A stretch of 60,283 nucleotides of DNA, filler included, from Circinaria calcarea (lineage: Eukaryota): the NCBI GenBank assembly GCA_051942165.1. It is 11 parts of 11 records of this genome, joined end to end, with 100 filler letters (N's around TTAATTAATTAA, not from the genome) between each part and the next. Parts side by side here need not be neighbours in the genome. Positions count along the whole stretch, not along the records: positions 43,953 to 49,331 come from JAVECS010001919.1; positions 49,432 to 54,807 come from JAVECS010001920.1; positions 54,908 to 60,283 come from JAVECS010001921.1; 8 more parts are not named here. One strand, written 5' to 3'. This document shows, in pieces, positions 48,752-60,283 of the stretch (positions are counted from its first letter, which is position 1; each line of letters opens with the position of its first letter). The position numbers and the translations under genes are program-made. The notes below the pieces were generated by a model. That model saw nothing but the letters and a program-made list of their open reading frames with translations, was not told the DNA's origin and did no database searches.

Positions 48752-49331
48752 GGATACAGTGTTGCCTACCCTACCCCTACCTCTAACCAAATGAAATGTA
48801 AATGTAAATATCCCTCCCTCATGATCTTCTATCAATCAAAAATCAAAAATCTCCTTTTGCCATCCATGTCTTTTGAACCCTTCCCTCTCGTCGTCCCTCT
48901 CACCCCTAATCTCTACCCTATCTTATCCTAACCCTAACCCCTGACTCCGCTGGCATTTAAAATCCAAATCCCCCTTACCCTTACCCCCTTATCACTACCG
49001 TACCGTACTCCATCTTACTCCATCTTCGTTGTTTAATTCATCCGATCCGGCTGTTCTTTTCCGTCTCTTGGATTTTTTTTTGGGGGGGGGGAGAGTGGGG
49101 GGGTAATGGTGTGATGGGAAAGGGAGAAAATTTTGGAGAACCCGGGTACTCTGGACTCTTGAGAATTCAAAAACTTGGGGAAAATCTTAGAAAATGTAAA
49201 GAATCACCCGGGAAATTTTTTTTTTGGTGGGGGGGGGAAGAGATTTGGGCAATTAGAATTTAGGGTTCCCTTCTTTCCCCCCTTTCCTTCTCTTTTCTTT
49301 CCCCCTTTTCTTTTTCTTTTCTTCCCTCCCC

Positions 49332-49431
49332 NNNNNNNNNNNNNNNNNNNNNNNNNNNNNNNNNNNNNNNNNNNNTTAATTAATTAANNNNNNNNNNNNN
49401 NNNNNNNNNNNNNNNNNNNNNNNNNNNNNNN
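49332..49431. other. Artificial contig linker
   Basis: N44-TTAATTAATTAA-N44. Confidence 0.98.
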
Positions 49432-50453
49432 CCCCCGAACACGCTCTCCCTAATAATCCTCCAGGGTTTTCTTTAATCCCAATCCCAACCCCAACCCATC
49501 CATCCGGGGATTATAACAAAAACGATAGCAATGCACAGCAATGAAATACCCCCCCGAATTTCGTTATGGATAGTTTAGATGTTCGCTTTTTTCGTGTGCT
49601 TTGGAACTAGGTAGCTGGCCCCCGGGGGGGGGGGGAAACGCACAAGAACAAAAGAGGAGGGGGAAGAGTGTTGGAAGTCATAGGGCTTACCGAAGCATGT
49701 GTTGCATAGGAGGTCCATGCTCAACACTTCCTACACACCCCATAAAAGCACTTTTTCGCTGCATAGATAGCTTAGATAGTTACACACTCGTACATAGCAT
49801 AAATGCCACCACACATTACTGCATGTTCAACAAAGAGGAAGAGGAAGGGGAAAGGGGGACCGTAATTCAAGACAAGACACATTTTGGGACGAAAACTTGG
49901 GACGAGGACTTGGGAGGGAGGAAGCGGAAAGAGAGCAGAAAGAAGACGCACGGGACAAAGTAGGGGTAACGACTTGGTTTTAGTTAGAGAAATAGCGGGG
50001 GGATAGATGGATGGATGGATGGATTTGGACGCCGTCAGAGGAGCTATCTAGAGAAGGGATGAAATAGACGATTAATCATAGATGCTTAAGAGAAGGGGGC
50101 AAGGTTTTTAGTCTCGGCTTATCTATATACAACGAGGTTGACCTCCCTTGGTAGCCAACCATCCCGGGCCGCTAAATCCAGTAAGCCTGGAATTCTTAAC
50201 CTATGTACAGAGAAGATGAGAAAAAGGTAAGTTAAGGAGGAAGAGAGAGAGAGATGGTTTTGAGAGTTGGGCAGTTGACCCTGTCTATTGCAAGGGTAGC
50301 GCCTCCAACATTCCCCAAGGTCCGAAGTAAGACAGGAGCGTTTTAAAGTCGCTGGACAGGGGAGGGACTTGGCGAGATTGTTTTGTCCGACACTTGAAGC
50401 CGCGCCTGTCGTAGGGGTTATTTTTCTTTTGTTCTTACTCATCCCAGGCCCCC

Positions 50454-52402
50454 TCATACCTTCTCTCCCATCTTCTCCTTCTCCCTCGCCCTCTCCTCAT
50501 CTTCATCTTCCGGCCATTCCTTCAGCGCGGCAGACGCCCATCCCCCACCCTTCCCCCAGGCCTTCTCCTCCCCAATCGGAACCACAATCGCAGTACTATC
50601 TCCCTCGTGATCCGTCGACGGCCCACTCCCACTTCGGTAACTGCCGAGACGGGAGAAATGCGACTGCATGGCGGTGGAGATGACGCGGATGAGGGGTTTC
50701 ATGGTGGGCAAGCAGGCGCAAACGATGCCCAGTTTGGTTTCGAGATTGACCCAGATGGCGGCGGGTACGACGGTGTCTGTTCGTGGGAGTTAGCGAGGAC
50801 GCAGATAGGAGTTTGGAGGGAAAGAAAAAACATTGGACTTGAGCTCGGAAAAGCTTTTTTGGTTTGAACTGAGGAGGAGAAGTCGGGGAGGGAATCAAGG
50901 GATACTTACATGTAAGATCTCTCACGTCAAGCTGGACCAGAAACGGGATTCGGACGGTGCCTGCGATACATACGCTACGATCAGATCAAAGCGTTAGTAC
51001 TCTCGGTGTTTCAAGGGAGAAACAGGAAAATAAAAACTACATACATAGCACCAACGAGAAACACGGCGATTAAACTGAGCCGTTGGGGTAAGGACTTTTG
51101 CAATTTCATCAATGGGGGGATCGGAATGACGAAGAGGACCAGATCGGTGACCAGGCTGGCGGAGGTAGTAGCATACGCCAGGTTGTTCTCATTGGCGCAG
51201 TGACCGTTGGGGATAGTCTTGTCCCAGGTGTAGAGGAAAGGTCGGCAGGTGAGGAAAACAGATAGAAATGAAGCGAGGAACCACGCGAGGATGCCAACCC
51301 CGGTGATGATCAGCGTGATTTTCATGTGTCGAGAAACGAAGATGCGGCGGTAAAAAAAGATGATGGAAAGTTTAATGAGGCCAGCCGAGAAGGCGAAGAG
51401 AAATTGGACCATCCAGAACGCCTAAGCAATTAGTCGGTGGAGTTGAAATGACTCGAGGTGTGGGAATTACCTTGAGATAAACGGTGATTTCTGAGGCGCT
51501 GAGCATAATGAAATGTTTCCCGTTTCCTCCAATGCTTGTGCCTATCCAATCCAGCCATTCAATTAGCTTCTCCATGACGATAATCCGAAACCGGGTGTGG
51601 ACACCGAAGATGGTGAGGCTTACTAATAAAGATGTTGATAGCTTCAGCAATGCTTACAACGCTGCAGATCCGTAAGCTGGACTGTTCGTTCACAAGTCAG
51701 GTGATCCGTTTAGAGCAAGGACGTTTCGTACCATGCCGCGAATATTAAATAGTCATCCCACCCGTACTTGACGTGACCGATTCTTTTCGAAACAGCCCGG
51801 AGGATCACAGAGATTATAGCCAACGCTTCCAACACCGCGACGGACCCAATTACTTGACTCGTCCGGCTTTCTTTCAACCTCGGGCAGAGCTGCGAAATCC
51901 AAGTCTGGGTCTCTGTGCTTCTCTGTAAGCAAATTCTTCCGGCACCTATCGCAAGAGAGGGGGGGGGGAGGGAGAAGGAGGGCTTACCGTGCCATTCGGT
52001 TGGAATGCATTTCAGATGCATGGTGTCCATCAAGGAGGACATGAATGCTTTATCTTCACAGATACACTGGCGATCCGCGCCGCAGCTTGTCATAGCAGCG
52101 GATTGGATTGCAGCAGGTTTCTATACACGATCCAGATCAGCCGGAATGTCATCAATGCGGAAGGCTCCGTGCCCCGTCCATGAGCTTACTATACATTGCG
52201 GCGCCCGAGAAAGTAGCTGCTCAATCTGGAGCATAGGATTGGCAATTGGGGTCACGGCTGCCCCTGCCATTGAGGCTGAAGTGGTCAGGATAGCTGGTAG
52301 GGTAGTCGTCGTCGGTATGGTGCTCACGGGAAGGAGTACCGTCGTTGCCGCCACCGTCACGGTAAAGTTGGCCAAACCGGTCATGTTCCCCGAGAGCTGC
52401 AT
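50454..52402 (-). CDS. Pth11-like integral membrane receptor with CFEM domain (multi-exon)
   Basis: CFEM-like Cys pattern (PQC/..SCGADRQCIC..KC/..LC), then YGWDDYLI, IKLSIIFFYRRIF, CRPF..WD..GHC, DLVLFVIPIP and ETKLGIVCACLPTMKPL. Confidence 0.85.
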
Positions 52403-52822
52403 GGCCGACGGTTGACTATTCAGCGATGAAGACGGGACTATGCCTCTGAGAAGTCAAATGAAGAAAATAACGGTCATTGACAATATAATAATCCAAAGAG
52501 ACGGCCTCTGTACTTGGGGATTCGCGGAGCATTCGCACTACCAGACTCCGTGCACTCGTCGATACATGGACATGAAATGAGGAGCAAGCCCCAACCGCGG
52601 TGCTGGGCATGGCCTTATATCTGGGAATCCATTTCGAGTGTAGAGAAGAGATCCATTCGCCGCTAACGAACAGTAGTGAGGATCGGTGGTTGACCGACCT
52701 CCTGCTTAGGCCCGTTTCTCCCAACCCAAAGTATAGATTCTCTCAACGTGACGGAACTATAATTAGAGCGTCTCCACGGCATCAACTCCCCAGATGCCGG
52801 AGTCAATCCGGCTCAATGGTGG

Positions 52823-52844
52823 GTGTGTGTGTGTGTGTGTGTGT
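52823..52844. repeat. (GT)n microsatellite
   Basis: About 11 GT units. Confidence 0.9.
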
Positions 52845-54807
52845 TCCGTACGAGTGCTGTGTTTCCAAGGCCTAAAAGTGCGGTCGGCTTGAAACGGCGG
52901 GATGGTTGGATTGCCTGGCAAAGTTCCAAGTTCCGGTACCTCGACGGGCGCGATGGTGTGTGCCCACGACCAGGTACCGTGTACCTCTCCACCGACCATA
53001 GCGCACCACTTGGCATCTTTAGCTTAGGTCATGGATCCCTCGGCATGCCCCGGGGGCGAACGACGGTGGGCCAGGACGGATGCCTGGATGCGAAGAGAGC
53101 GTTTCATCTTAAGCTTAACAACTCTCCGCCGATCCTGATGGATGCATGCTTGCTGCACGTCCGAGTCGTATCAATCCGTCGCAATGCTGCGTCCGACATC
53201 GGTAGGGAGAAACAGCAACCGAAACCAATCCTGCCTTTGGGTGACTGGAGTCTGGAGAGCACAGAAGAGTTGGCAGGCTACTCCCCGTACCCCTGATGGA
53301 CTTGAGGGACTTTGGGACCCGCCATCGCTCCTGCGTAGCGTAAACTCGGCCGGTATCGAATGTGTCGAGCAACCTAATGGACAAAGGTTTTCGGCGTATG
53401 TCAACAGCATCATCTTCGTGCGCACAGACAAGTGTGGCGGCCCGGTCCGAATCCTTCGTATGCAGAGGTGGTGGCTGGGCTTGCGTGATGGAAAGGACGG
53501 CACATTGTCTGCAGCAGCAACAGATTACTATCACCGTCAAAGCGGAACCGACACGACGATCGCCCCATCCAGCGACAGGAGCCCATCCGACGACGCGGCC
53601 CATGGCACCTTCTGTTCGGAGTACAACCATCTCATCTTAATCGTAATCATCCAAGTTGATCCCAACGATGACAGCCGATGAGCCTCTGCCATTGTCGACA
53701 GTTGCCTCTGGACCGGCTGCCGATACTCCGTACAAAAGTCCTCCCGTACCGCGAATCGAGCAATGGGCAGGGGCAAGAGGGTGGAGTCGAAGGTCCGAGC
53801 ACTCACTCACCGTCTCGCCGCCCGCTGGTGGCGTCGACCGACCGCTGTGTTGGTGAACCGGGATTACGCCTTTTCTCCACTCGATCTTCTGGTTGGCGCG
53901 CCTCTAATCTGTCGGAGAATTGATGCTGGAACGTCGATTCTTTCGCTTAGGCCTTGGGCGGCCGTCGCAATAGCCCAAAGCATCAAAGCACCAAAGCATC
54001 AGTCACTGGCGATGGTCTACGGCCAAGATTCTCCACACGCTAGCTGCATAAGAGATCTCGCTAGCTTCATCATGGCCTCGGCGTGCTTGTAATGTATATG
54101 CCTGGAGGTAGATATGCACCAACCCCGTTCAACGCGGGGTGCAATTGTGGTGCTACTGGGTAGATGGGATTCGATTGGATTGCCCCTTGGAGCTACACTC
54201 GGACTACAGTGCTACCTGCTACTGTTCAAGCCACACGGAAGACCAAACACAAGGTCCATGGAGTCAACCCCGTTGTTCTCTGCAGAGTAAGGGTCTTTAA
54301 TAAAATCACCGGTTGGACCCGCACCACCAACGCGTCCGTTCCATCTATCCACCACATGCCAATGGTGGTAAATCGAACCAAGAGAGAACACCACCAAACG
54401 CCCCTGCCCCCGAAAATTGCCTTTGATTTCTCATTGACTCCGTTGCTGATGGCTCCTTCCTTTCCTTCGCCACACGCTCCCCGTTCCAGTAATAGACATC
54501 GCCCCCTTTCGTCGAGACATCAAAGTTCCAGAGTTCCAACCCTTCCCCCAGCCTCGGTACTCCCACCCAACGGTCCTTGGTTGATCCGTCGTCGGATGCT
54601 CTCGAGGAGATCTTGCCAATGTGCAGCATCCTGAGAAGCTGGGTCCGCCTCTTGCGCATCCTTTAGCCTGCGATGGAGCAGGATCAACACATCATGCTTT
54701 GCAATGGCAACCTTGTACGCTGCACTCTCCGCGTCCCCTCTGCCACCGACGAGATTACTGAAAGTTTGAGCCGGTTTCAGAAGGTACGGAAGGACGATGG
54801 GAAGGGC

Positions 54808-54907
54808 NNNNNNNNNNNNNNNNNNNNNNNNNNNNNNNNNNNNNNNNNNNNTTAATTAATTAANNNNNNNNNNNNNNNNNNNNNNNNNNNNNNNNNNNNN
54901 NNNNNNN
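54808..54907. other. Artificial contig linker
   Basis: N44-TTAATTAATTAA-N44. Confidence 0.98.
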
Positions 54908-57900
54908 TATGATGAAACACTCTGTTTCTATCTCAATGGCACAAAGGTCATACTCGATTCCATTGACCCAGAGATTACCCTGCTGGAGTATCTAAGAGGC
55001 ATAGGGCTGACAGGTACGAAACTGGGATGTGCCGAAGGAGGATGTGGGGCGTGTACGGTGGTGGTCTCACAATTCAATCCAACTACAAAGGAAATATATC
55101 ATGCATCCATTAATGCATGTTTGGCGCCCCTCATCAGTGTCGATGGTAAACACGTCATCACGGTGGAAGGGATTGGCAATGTCAAGAACCCCCATCCAGC
55201 ACAAGAACGCATAGCGATGGGCAGTGGGAGTCAGTGCGGATTCTGTACACCCGGTATTGTTATGGTACGACGACAGAATGTCATGCAAAGTCTTTAGGAC
55301 TGACTTGAATCCAGAGTCTGTATGCGCTCCTTCGAAATAACACTGAGCCCTCAGAACTGGAAGTTGAGGAGGCCTTTGATGGAAATCTCTGTCGATGCAC
55401 AGGGTATCGTCCCATCCTCGATGCAGCGCAATCATTCAGTGTGAAGAAGTCGTGTGGTAAATCTACAGCAAATGGGGGTGCTGGTTGCTGTAAGGAAGCC
55501 ACCAACGGATCTACTGACAAGGCATGTTGTAAGCAAGCTGATGGAGTTAATGGGAACCAGCCCATCAACAAGTTCACACCCCCTGGATTTATTGAGTACA
55601 ACCCCGATACCCAATTAATATTTCCACCGTCCTTGACAAAACATCAATTCAAACCACTTGCACTCGGCAACAAACGCAAACGCTGGTATAGGCCCCTCAC
55701 ACTAAAGCAATTACTCGAAATAAAAAGCGTATATCCTTCTGCCAAGGTTATCGGTGGTAGCACCGAGACCCAGATTGAGATAAAGTTCAAAGCAATGCAG
55801 TACTCTGTGTCTGTGTTCGTCGGTGACATTGCCGAGCTACGTCAATACACATTCAAGGAAGACCATGTCGAGATTGGTGGCAATGTTGTGCTTACAGACC
55901 TTGAACATATTTGCTTAAAAGCTTTGGAGCATTATGGTCCTGTCAAAGGACAGCCCTTCAAGGCCATACATAAGCAGATACGATACTTCGCAGGAAGGCA
56001 GATCCGGAACGTAGGTACGCCAGCAGGAAACCTGGCTACTGCTTCCCCAATCTCTGATCTGAATCCCGTGTTCGTTGCTACGAACACTGTCCTCGTGGCA
56101 AAGTCGTTGGACAAAGAAACCCTGATACCAATGTCCGAGTTCTTCCAGGGATATAGAATTACCGCGTTACCTCCTAATGCCATAATTGCGAGCCTACGCA
56201 TCCCGCTTACAAAGGAGTCAGGAGAGTATCTTCGTGCTTATAAGCAATCTAAACGAAAAGATGATGACATTGCCATTGTCAATGCCGCCCTGAGGGTATC
56301 GCTAGATGATAGGCATCACGTTACTGGCGTTGATTTGGTATACGGAGGCATGGCACCTATCACAATTGCTGCGAAAGCAGCAGTGTCCTATCTTCGAGGC
56401 AAGAGATGGACCGATCCTGAAACACTAGAAGGCGTTATGAATGCTCTGGAAGAAGATTTTGATCTACGGTTTGGTGTTCCTGGCGGAATGGCCACGTATC
56501 GGAAATCACTTGCATTTGGTTTCTTCTACAGATTTTACCATGAAGTCCTGTCAGAGTTAAAAGCCGAAGAATCAAACATCGACGGAGATGTGCAAGGCGA
56601 AATAGAACGGGCTATATCGTTTGGTAGAAAGGACCATGATGCTACCCAAGCCTACGAGCAAAGGGTTGTAGGCAAGGCTACTCCGCATGTTGCTGCACTA
56701 AAACAGTGTACTGGTGAGGCACAGTATACAGATGATATCCCAGTGCAGAAGAACGAACTCTATGGCGTGATGGTCCTGTCGAGCAAAGCCCATGCAAAGA
56801 TCCTTAGTGTGGATGAATCTGCTGCAATGGATCTGCCCGGAGTCACAACATGGGTTAACCATTACGACTTACCAAACCCTGAGGCAAACTGGTGGGGCGC
56901 TCCAAACTGTGATGAAGTTTTTCTGGCCGTTGACGAGGTTTTTACAGCGGGACAACCCATTGGAATGATACTGGCAGACTCGGCAAAGCATGCTGAAGCT
57001 GGCGCACGGGCTGTCAAAGTTGAATACGAAGATCTCCCAGCAATCTTTACCATTGAAGAAGCAATAGTCAAGGAGAGCTATTTTCCACATTACAGGTACA
57101 TCAACAAAGGCGACGTTGAGGGTGCTTTCAGAAATGCAGACCACGTCTTTACTGGAGTTGTCCGCATGGGAGGACAAGAACACTTTTATTTGGAAACTCA
57201 GGCATGCGTGGTAGTCCCAAAGCCTGAGGATGGGGAGATCGAAATATACAGTAGCACACAGAACCCCACAGAAACGTAAGTGCAACTTACTTGAAATAGT
57301 TTCATTTACTAATACTCTTGATTAGGCAATCGTATGTAGCACAGGTTACTGGCGTCCAGGCAAACAAAGTGGTTTCCAAGGTTAAACGATTGGGGGGTGG
57401 TTTTGGTGGTAAGGAAACTAGGTCTATCCAACTTTCCGGCATTTGTGCCGTGGCCGCAAACAAAGTCAAACGCCCCGTTCGTTGCATGCTGAATCGAGAT
57501 GAAGACATGATGACCTCCGGCCAAAGGCATCCTTTCTTGGCACGTTGGAAAGTAGCAGTCAATAAGGATGGTAAGCTACAAGCGTTGGATGCTGATGTCT
57601 TCTGCAACGGTGGCTGGAGCCAGGACCTTAGCGGAGCTGTCTGTGATAGGGCGCTGTCACATATTGATGGTTGCTATCTAATCCCGAATGTTCATGTCCG
57701 AGGCCGTGTAGCCAAAACGAACACCATGTCGAATACAGCCTTCCGAGGGTTCGGTGGTCCTCAAGGTATGTATATCGCGGAGAGTTATATGGAACAAGTG
57801 GCAGATCACCTTGGTATGCCAGTTGAAAAACTTCGCGAGATCAACATGTACAAGCCACACGAAGTTACCCATTTCAACCAGGAGCTCAAGGATTGGCATG

Positions 57901-59012
57901 TACCTTTGATGTACCATCAAGTCCTTAATGAAGCAAATTACGAAGCTCGAAGAGAGGCAGTCGACCAATTCAACGCTACACATAAATGGAACAAACGTGG
58001 ACTTGCAATTATTCCCACAAAGTTTGGTATCTCGTTCACAGCGATATTCCTCAACCAAGCTGGGGCCTTGGTCCACATATACCATGATGGTTCAGTGCTT
58101 GTGGCACACGGCGGAACGGAGATGGGACAAGGGTTGCATACTAAGATGACCATGATCGCCGCTGAGGCTCTCGGGGTTCCGCTCTCTGATGTCTTCATCT
58201 CAGAAACGGCAACGAATACTGTTGCAAATACTTCATCGACGGCGGCCTCTGCCTCTAGCGATCTCAATGGCTATGCTATTTTCAATGCTTGCGAACAACT
58301 AAATAAACGTCTCGCCCCATATAGGGAGAGGCTTGGGAAAGACGCACCTTTAAACAAGCTCGCTCACGCGGCATACTTTGATCGGGTAAACCTCTCCGCC
58401 AATGGCTTTTACAAAACACCCGATATCGGTTATGTTTGGGGTCCCAACGTTGGTCAGATGTTTTACTACTTTACCCAAGGAGTAACAGCCGCCGAGGTCG
58501 AAATCGACACCCTGACCGGTGATTGGACATGTCTACGAGCAGACATCAAAATGGACGTCGGCCGCTCGATCAATCCTGCAATTGACTACGGTCAGATCGA
58601 AGGCGCATTTATCCAAGGTCAAGGGCTGTTTACGACCGAGGAAAGTCTCTGGCATCGTGGATCTGGCCAGCTCTTTACGCGCGGACCGGGTACATATAAG
58701 ATCCCTGGGTTTAGGGACATTCCGCAAGAGTTTAATGTGAGTCTGCTGAAGGATGTGGAATGGGAGAATCTACGAACCATTCAGAGATCGAGGGGTGTCG
58801 GAGAACCCCCGCTGTTTATGGGAAGCAGCGTCTTCTTTGCGATTAGAGATGCGCTCAAAGCTGCGAGGAAGGAGTACGGGGTCAATGATGTGTTGACCCT
58901 GCAGAGCCCGGCTACCCCTGAGAGGATCAGGGTCAGCTGTGTGGATCCGATTATCAAGAGGGCACATGTGCAAGCAGAGGAAGGGGAGAAGAGCTTCTTT
59001 ATATCTATATGA
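54908..59012 (+). CDS. hxA: Xanthine dehydrogenase; exons <54908-55264, 55315-57275 and 57326-59012
   Basis: 2Fe-2S motifs [18 protein letters not shown] and [12 protein letters not shown] domain QIRNVGT. Moco domain [17 protein letters not shown] and GVGEPP. Confidence 0.96.
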
Positions 59013-59507
59013 GGCTTCAGATGAGAGATGATTTATGACGTTGTGATAGTCATTTCATGTTTCTATATATATATCAGTTGGTCGATCATTATAAACATAT
59101 GGAGTACTCAGTCCCAGCAATTGCCTGTGCTTGTGATTTTTAACCACCAACCAGATAGGTAACCTGTTAATGTTTCGCTATAAGTCCACCATAAATTGGA
59201 CACTGCGATAACGAAGATGATCGTCGGTTCTGTACACATCACGCAACCAGCATTCCGCACTCCCTTCTTTAGACTCAAATGGTTGGCCGATTGGTACCTT
59301 CGCGTTCTATAGGATGCCGGCAAAGGTCCCTTAGGATCGATCAGGACGCAGAGTGCCAGCTCTTGACACTGGTCCCCCTCGCGTTCCCTTCTGAATCAGG
59401 AAATATTGATCTCCTGAGACAATCTATCAAACACGAGGACTGCCTACGAAGGCTCCCTGACCAGATTTTGACTTCATCAAAGGCCCCTGATGTAGCCATG
59501 GACATAC

Positions 59508-60257
59508 TCACCTATCCTCTGACAACGCTTCCTTGACAGCTTCAACCGCCCACACCAAAACCTCTTCCATACTCCATTCCCCCTCTCCAGGACAAACTCT
59601 AATGCCCAAATCGCTCACCACCTTCTCATTCACCTTCCCTTCCACATCCCCGCCCTCAAACAGAAACCCATGCTCTTCCACATAATTCGGCCATACGACC
59701 TCGTCCACATAGCCCGGCGGGTCTTCCCAGAACCCTTCGAGCGTGACGTATCCACTCCTCTTCTCCCGTCGCTCCTTTGCCTTGTCATACTTTGCCCGCA
59801 GCAAAACCTTCACGTCGATTTCTTCCCGCACGTCCCGGACACTCTCCCCGAACAGCAAGAACCCATCCAGAATCACCAATCTCCTCTCGGCACTCAACTT
59901 CCCCTGCCCCTCGCCGCGCATCCACTCCTCCACCTCCCCCTGTAACCTCCTCTCCACCCTTTCACTAACCCCATTCGCTCCCACCTCGTTCTGATCCTCC
60001 TTACTCACCAACCCTTCCGGCAATTTCCCCTCGGCTTTTATATACCTCAGCGCATCCACTAAGCCGGCGATATCGAGCGACGCGGCGCAGTCCCAGTCGC
60101 GTAGGCCGCTGCGGAGGGGCAGCTGCGCTTCGGGCAGGTAGAAGTCGTCTTGGTGCAGGATGAGGGTGTGGGGGAATAGGGAGCGCAGGAGGCGGGCGAG
60201 GGTGGTTTTGCCGCTCGAGGAGCAACCGGAGATGCCAACGATGGTGGCGGTTGGCAT
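59508..60257 (-). CDS. NRK1: Nicotinamide riboside kinase
   Basis: IVGISGCSSSGKTT, LHQDDFY, DWDC, LDGFLL and RSGYVTLEGFWEDPPGYVDEVVWPNY. The stop overlaps a GTGAGT donor, so the C-terminus could be spliced further. Confidence 0.9.
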   Translation of the reverse strand: MPTATIVGISGCSSSGKTTLARLLRSLFPHTLILHQDDFYLPEAQLPLRSGLRDWDCAASLDIAGLVDALRYIKAEGKLPEGLVSKEDQNEVGANGVSERVERRLQGEVEEWMRGEGQGKLSAERRLVILDGFLLFGESVRDVREEIDVKVLLRAKYDKAKERREKRSGYVTLEGFWEDPPGYVDEVVWPNYVEEHGFLFEGGDVEGKVNEKVVSDLGIRVCPGEGEWSMEEVLVWAVEAVKEALSEDR

Positions 60258-60283
60258 TGAGATATTCTGGAGGTGCTTTAGGG

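Noticed and set aside
48760..48995. CCCTAA/CCCTTA telomere-like motifs
   Set aside because: Only about two consecutive units within generally C/T-rich low-complexity sequence, so not a telomeric array.
52416..54807. Many overlapping 60-180 aa ORFs
   Set aside because: No recognisable motifs. Consistent with GC-rich intergenic or 5' regulatory DNA upstream of the Pth11-like gene.
54908..60257. Xanthine dehydrogenase next to NRK1 as a nicotinate-catabolism (hxn-like) cluster
   Set aside because: The [14 protein letters not shown] region looks like canonical HxA rather than HxnS as I recall it, and no other hxn genes are on the contig.

Overview
Eukaryotic DNA from a filamentous ascomycete (Pezizomycotina, inferred from short GT-AG introns with CTRAC branch points and from the gene content). 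It is not one locus. Eleven contigs of about 5.4 kb, ordered by decreasing length (5401 down to 5376 bp), are joined by artificial 100-bp N44-TTAATTAATTAA-N44 linkers, so synteny holds only within a contig. Most content is housekeeping genes, many truncated at contig ends: LIM/paxillin, branched-chain ketoacid E2, GT2, separase, PI-PLC, RPB12, TRP4, uL10m, two MFS-type transporters, Pol lambda, ATP10, GOS1, RPL35, ILV5, Ser/Thr dehydratase, ALDH, MDR oxidoreductase, a Pth11-like CFEM receptor, xanthine dehydrogenase and NRK1. There are also accessory HET and ankyrin genes, decayed genes (SRPK-like kinase, rvt fragment, a second Pol X), RIP-like repeat relics and a small hairpin element family. 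The most striking signal is an initiator tRNA-Met gene (11635-11768) with an intact cloverleaf. It is interrupted in the anticodon stem (position 30/31) by a 55-nt intron with spliceosomal signals (GTAAGC, GCTAAC, AAG), in addition to a canonical 7-nt tRNA intron at 37/38.
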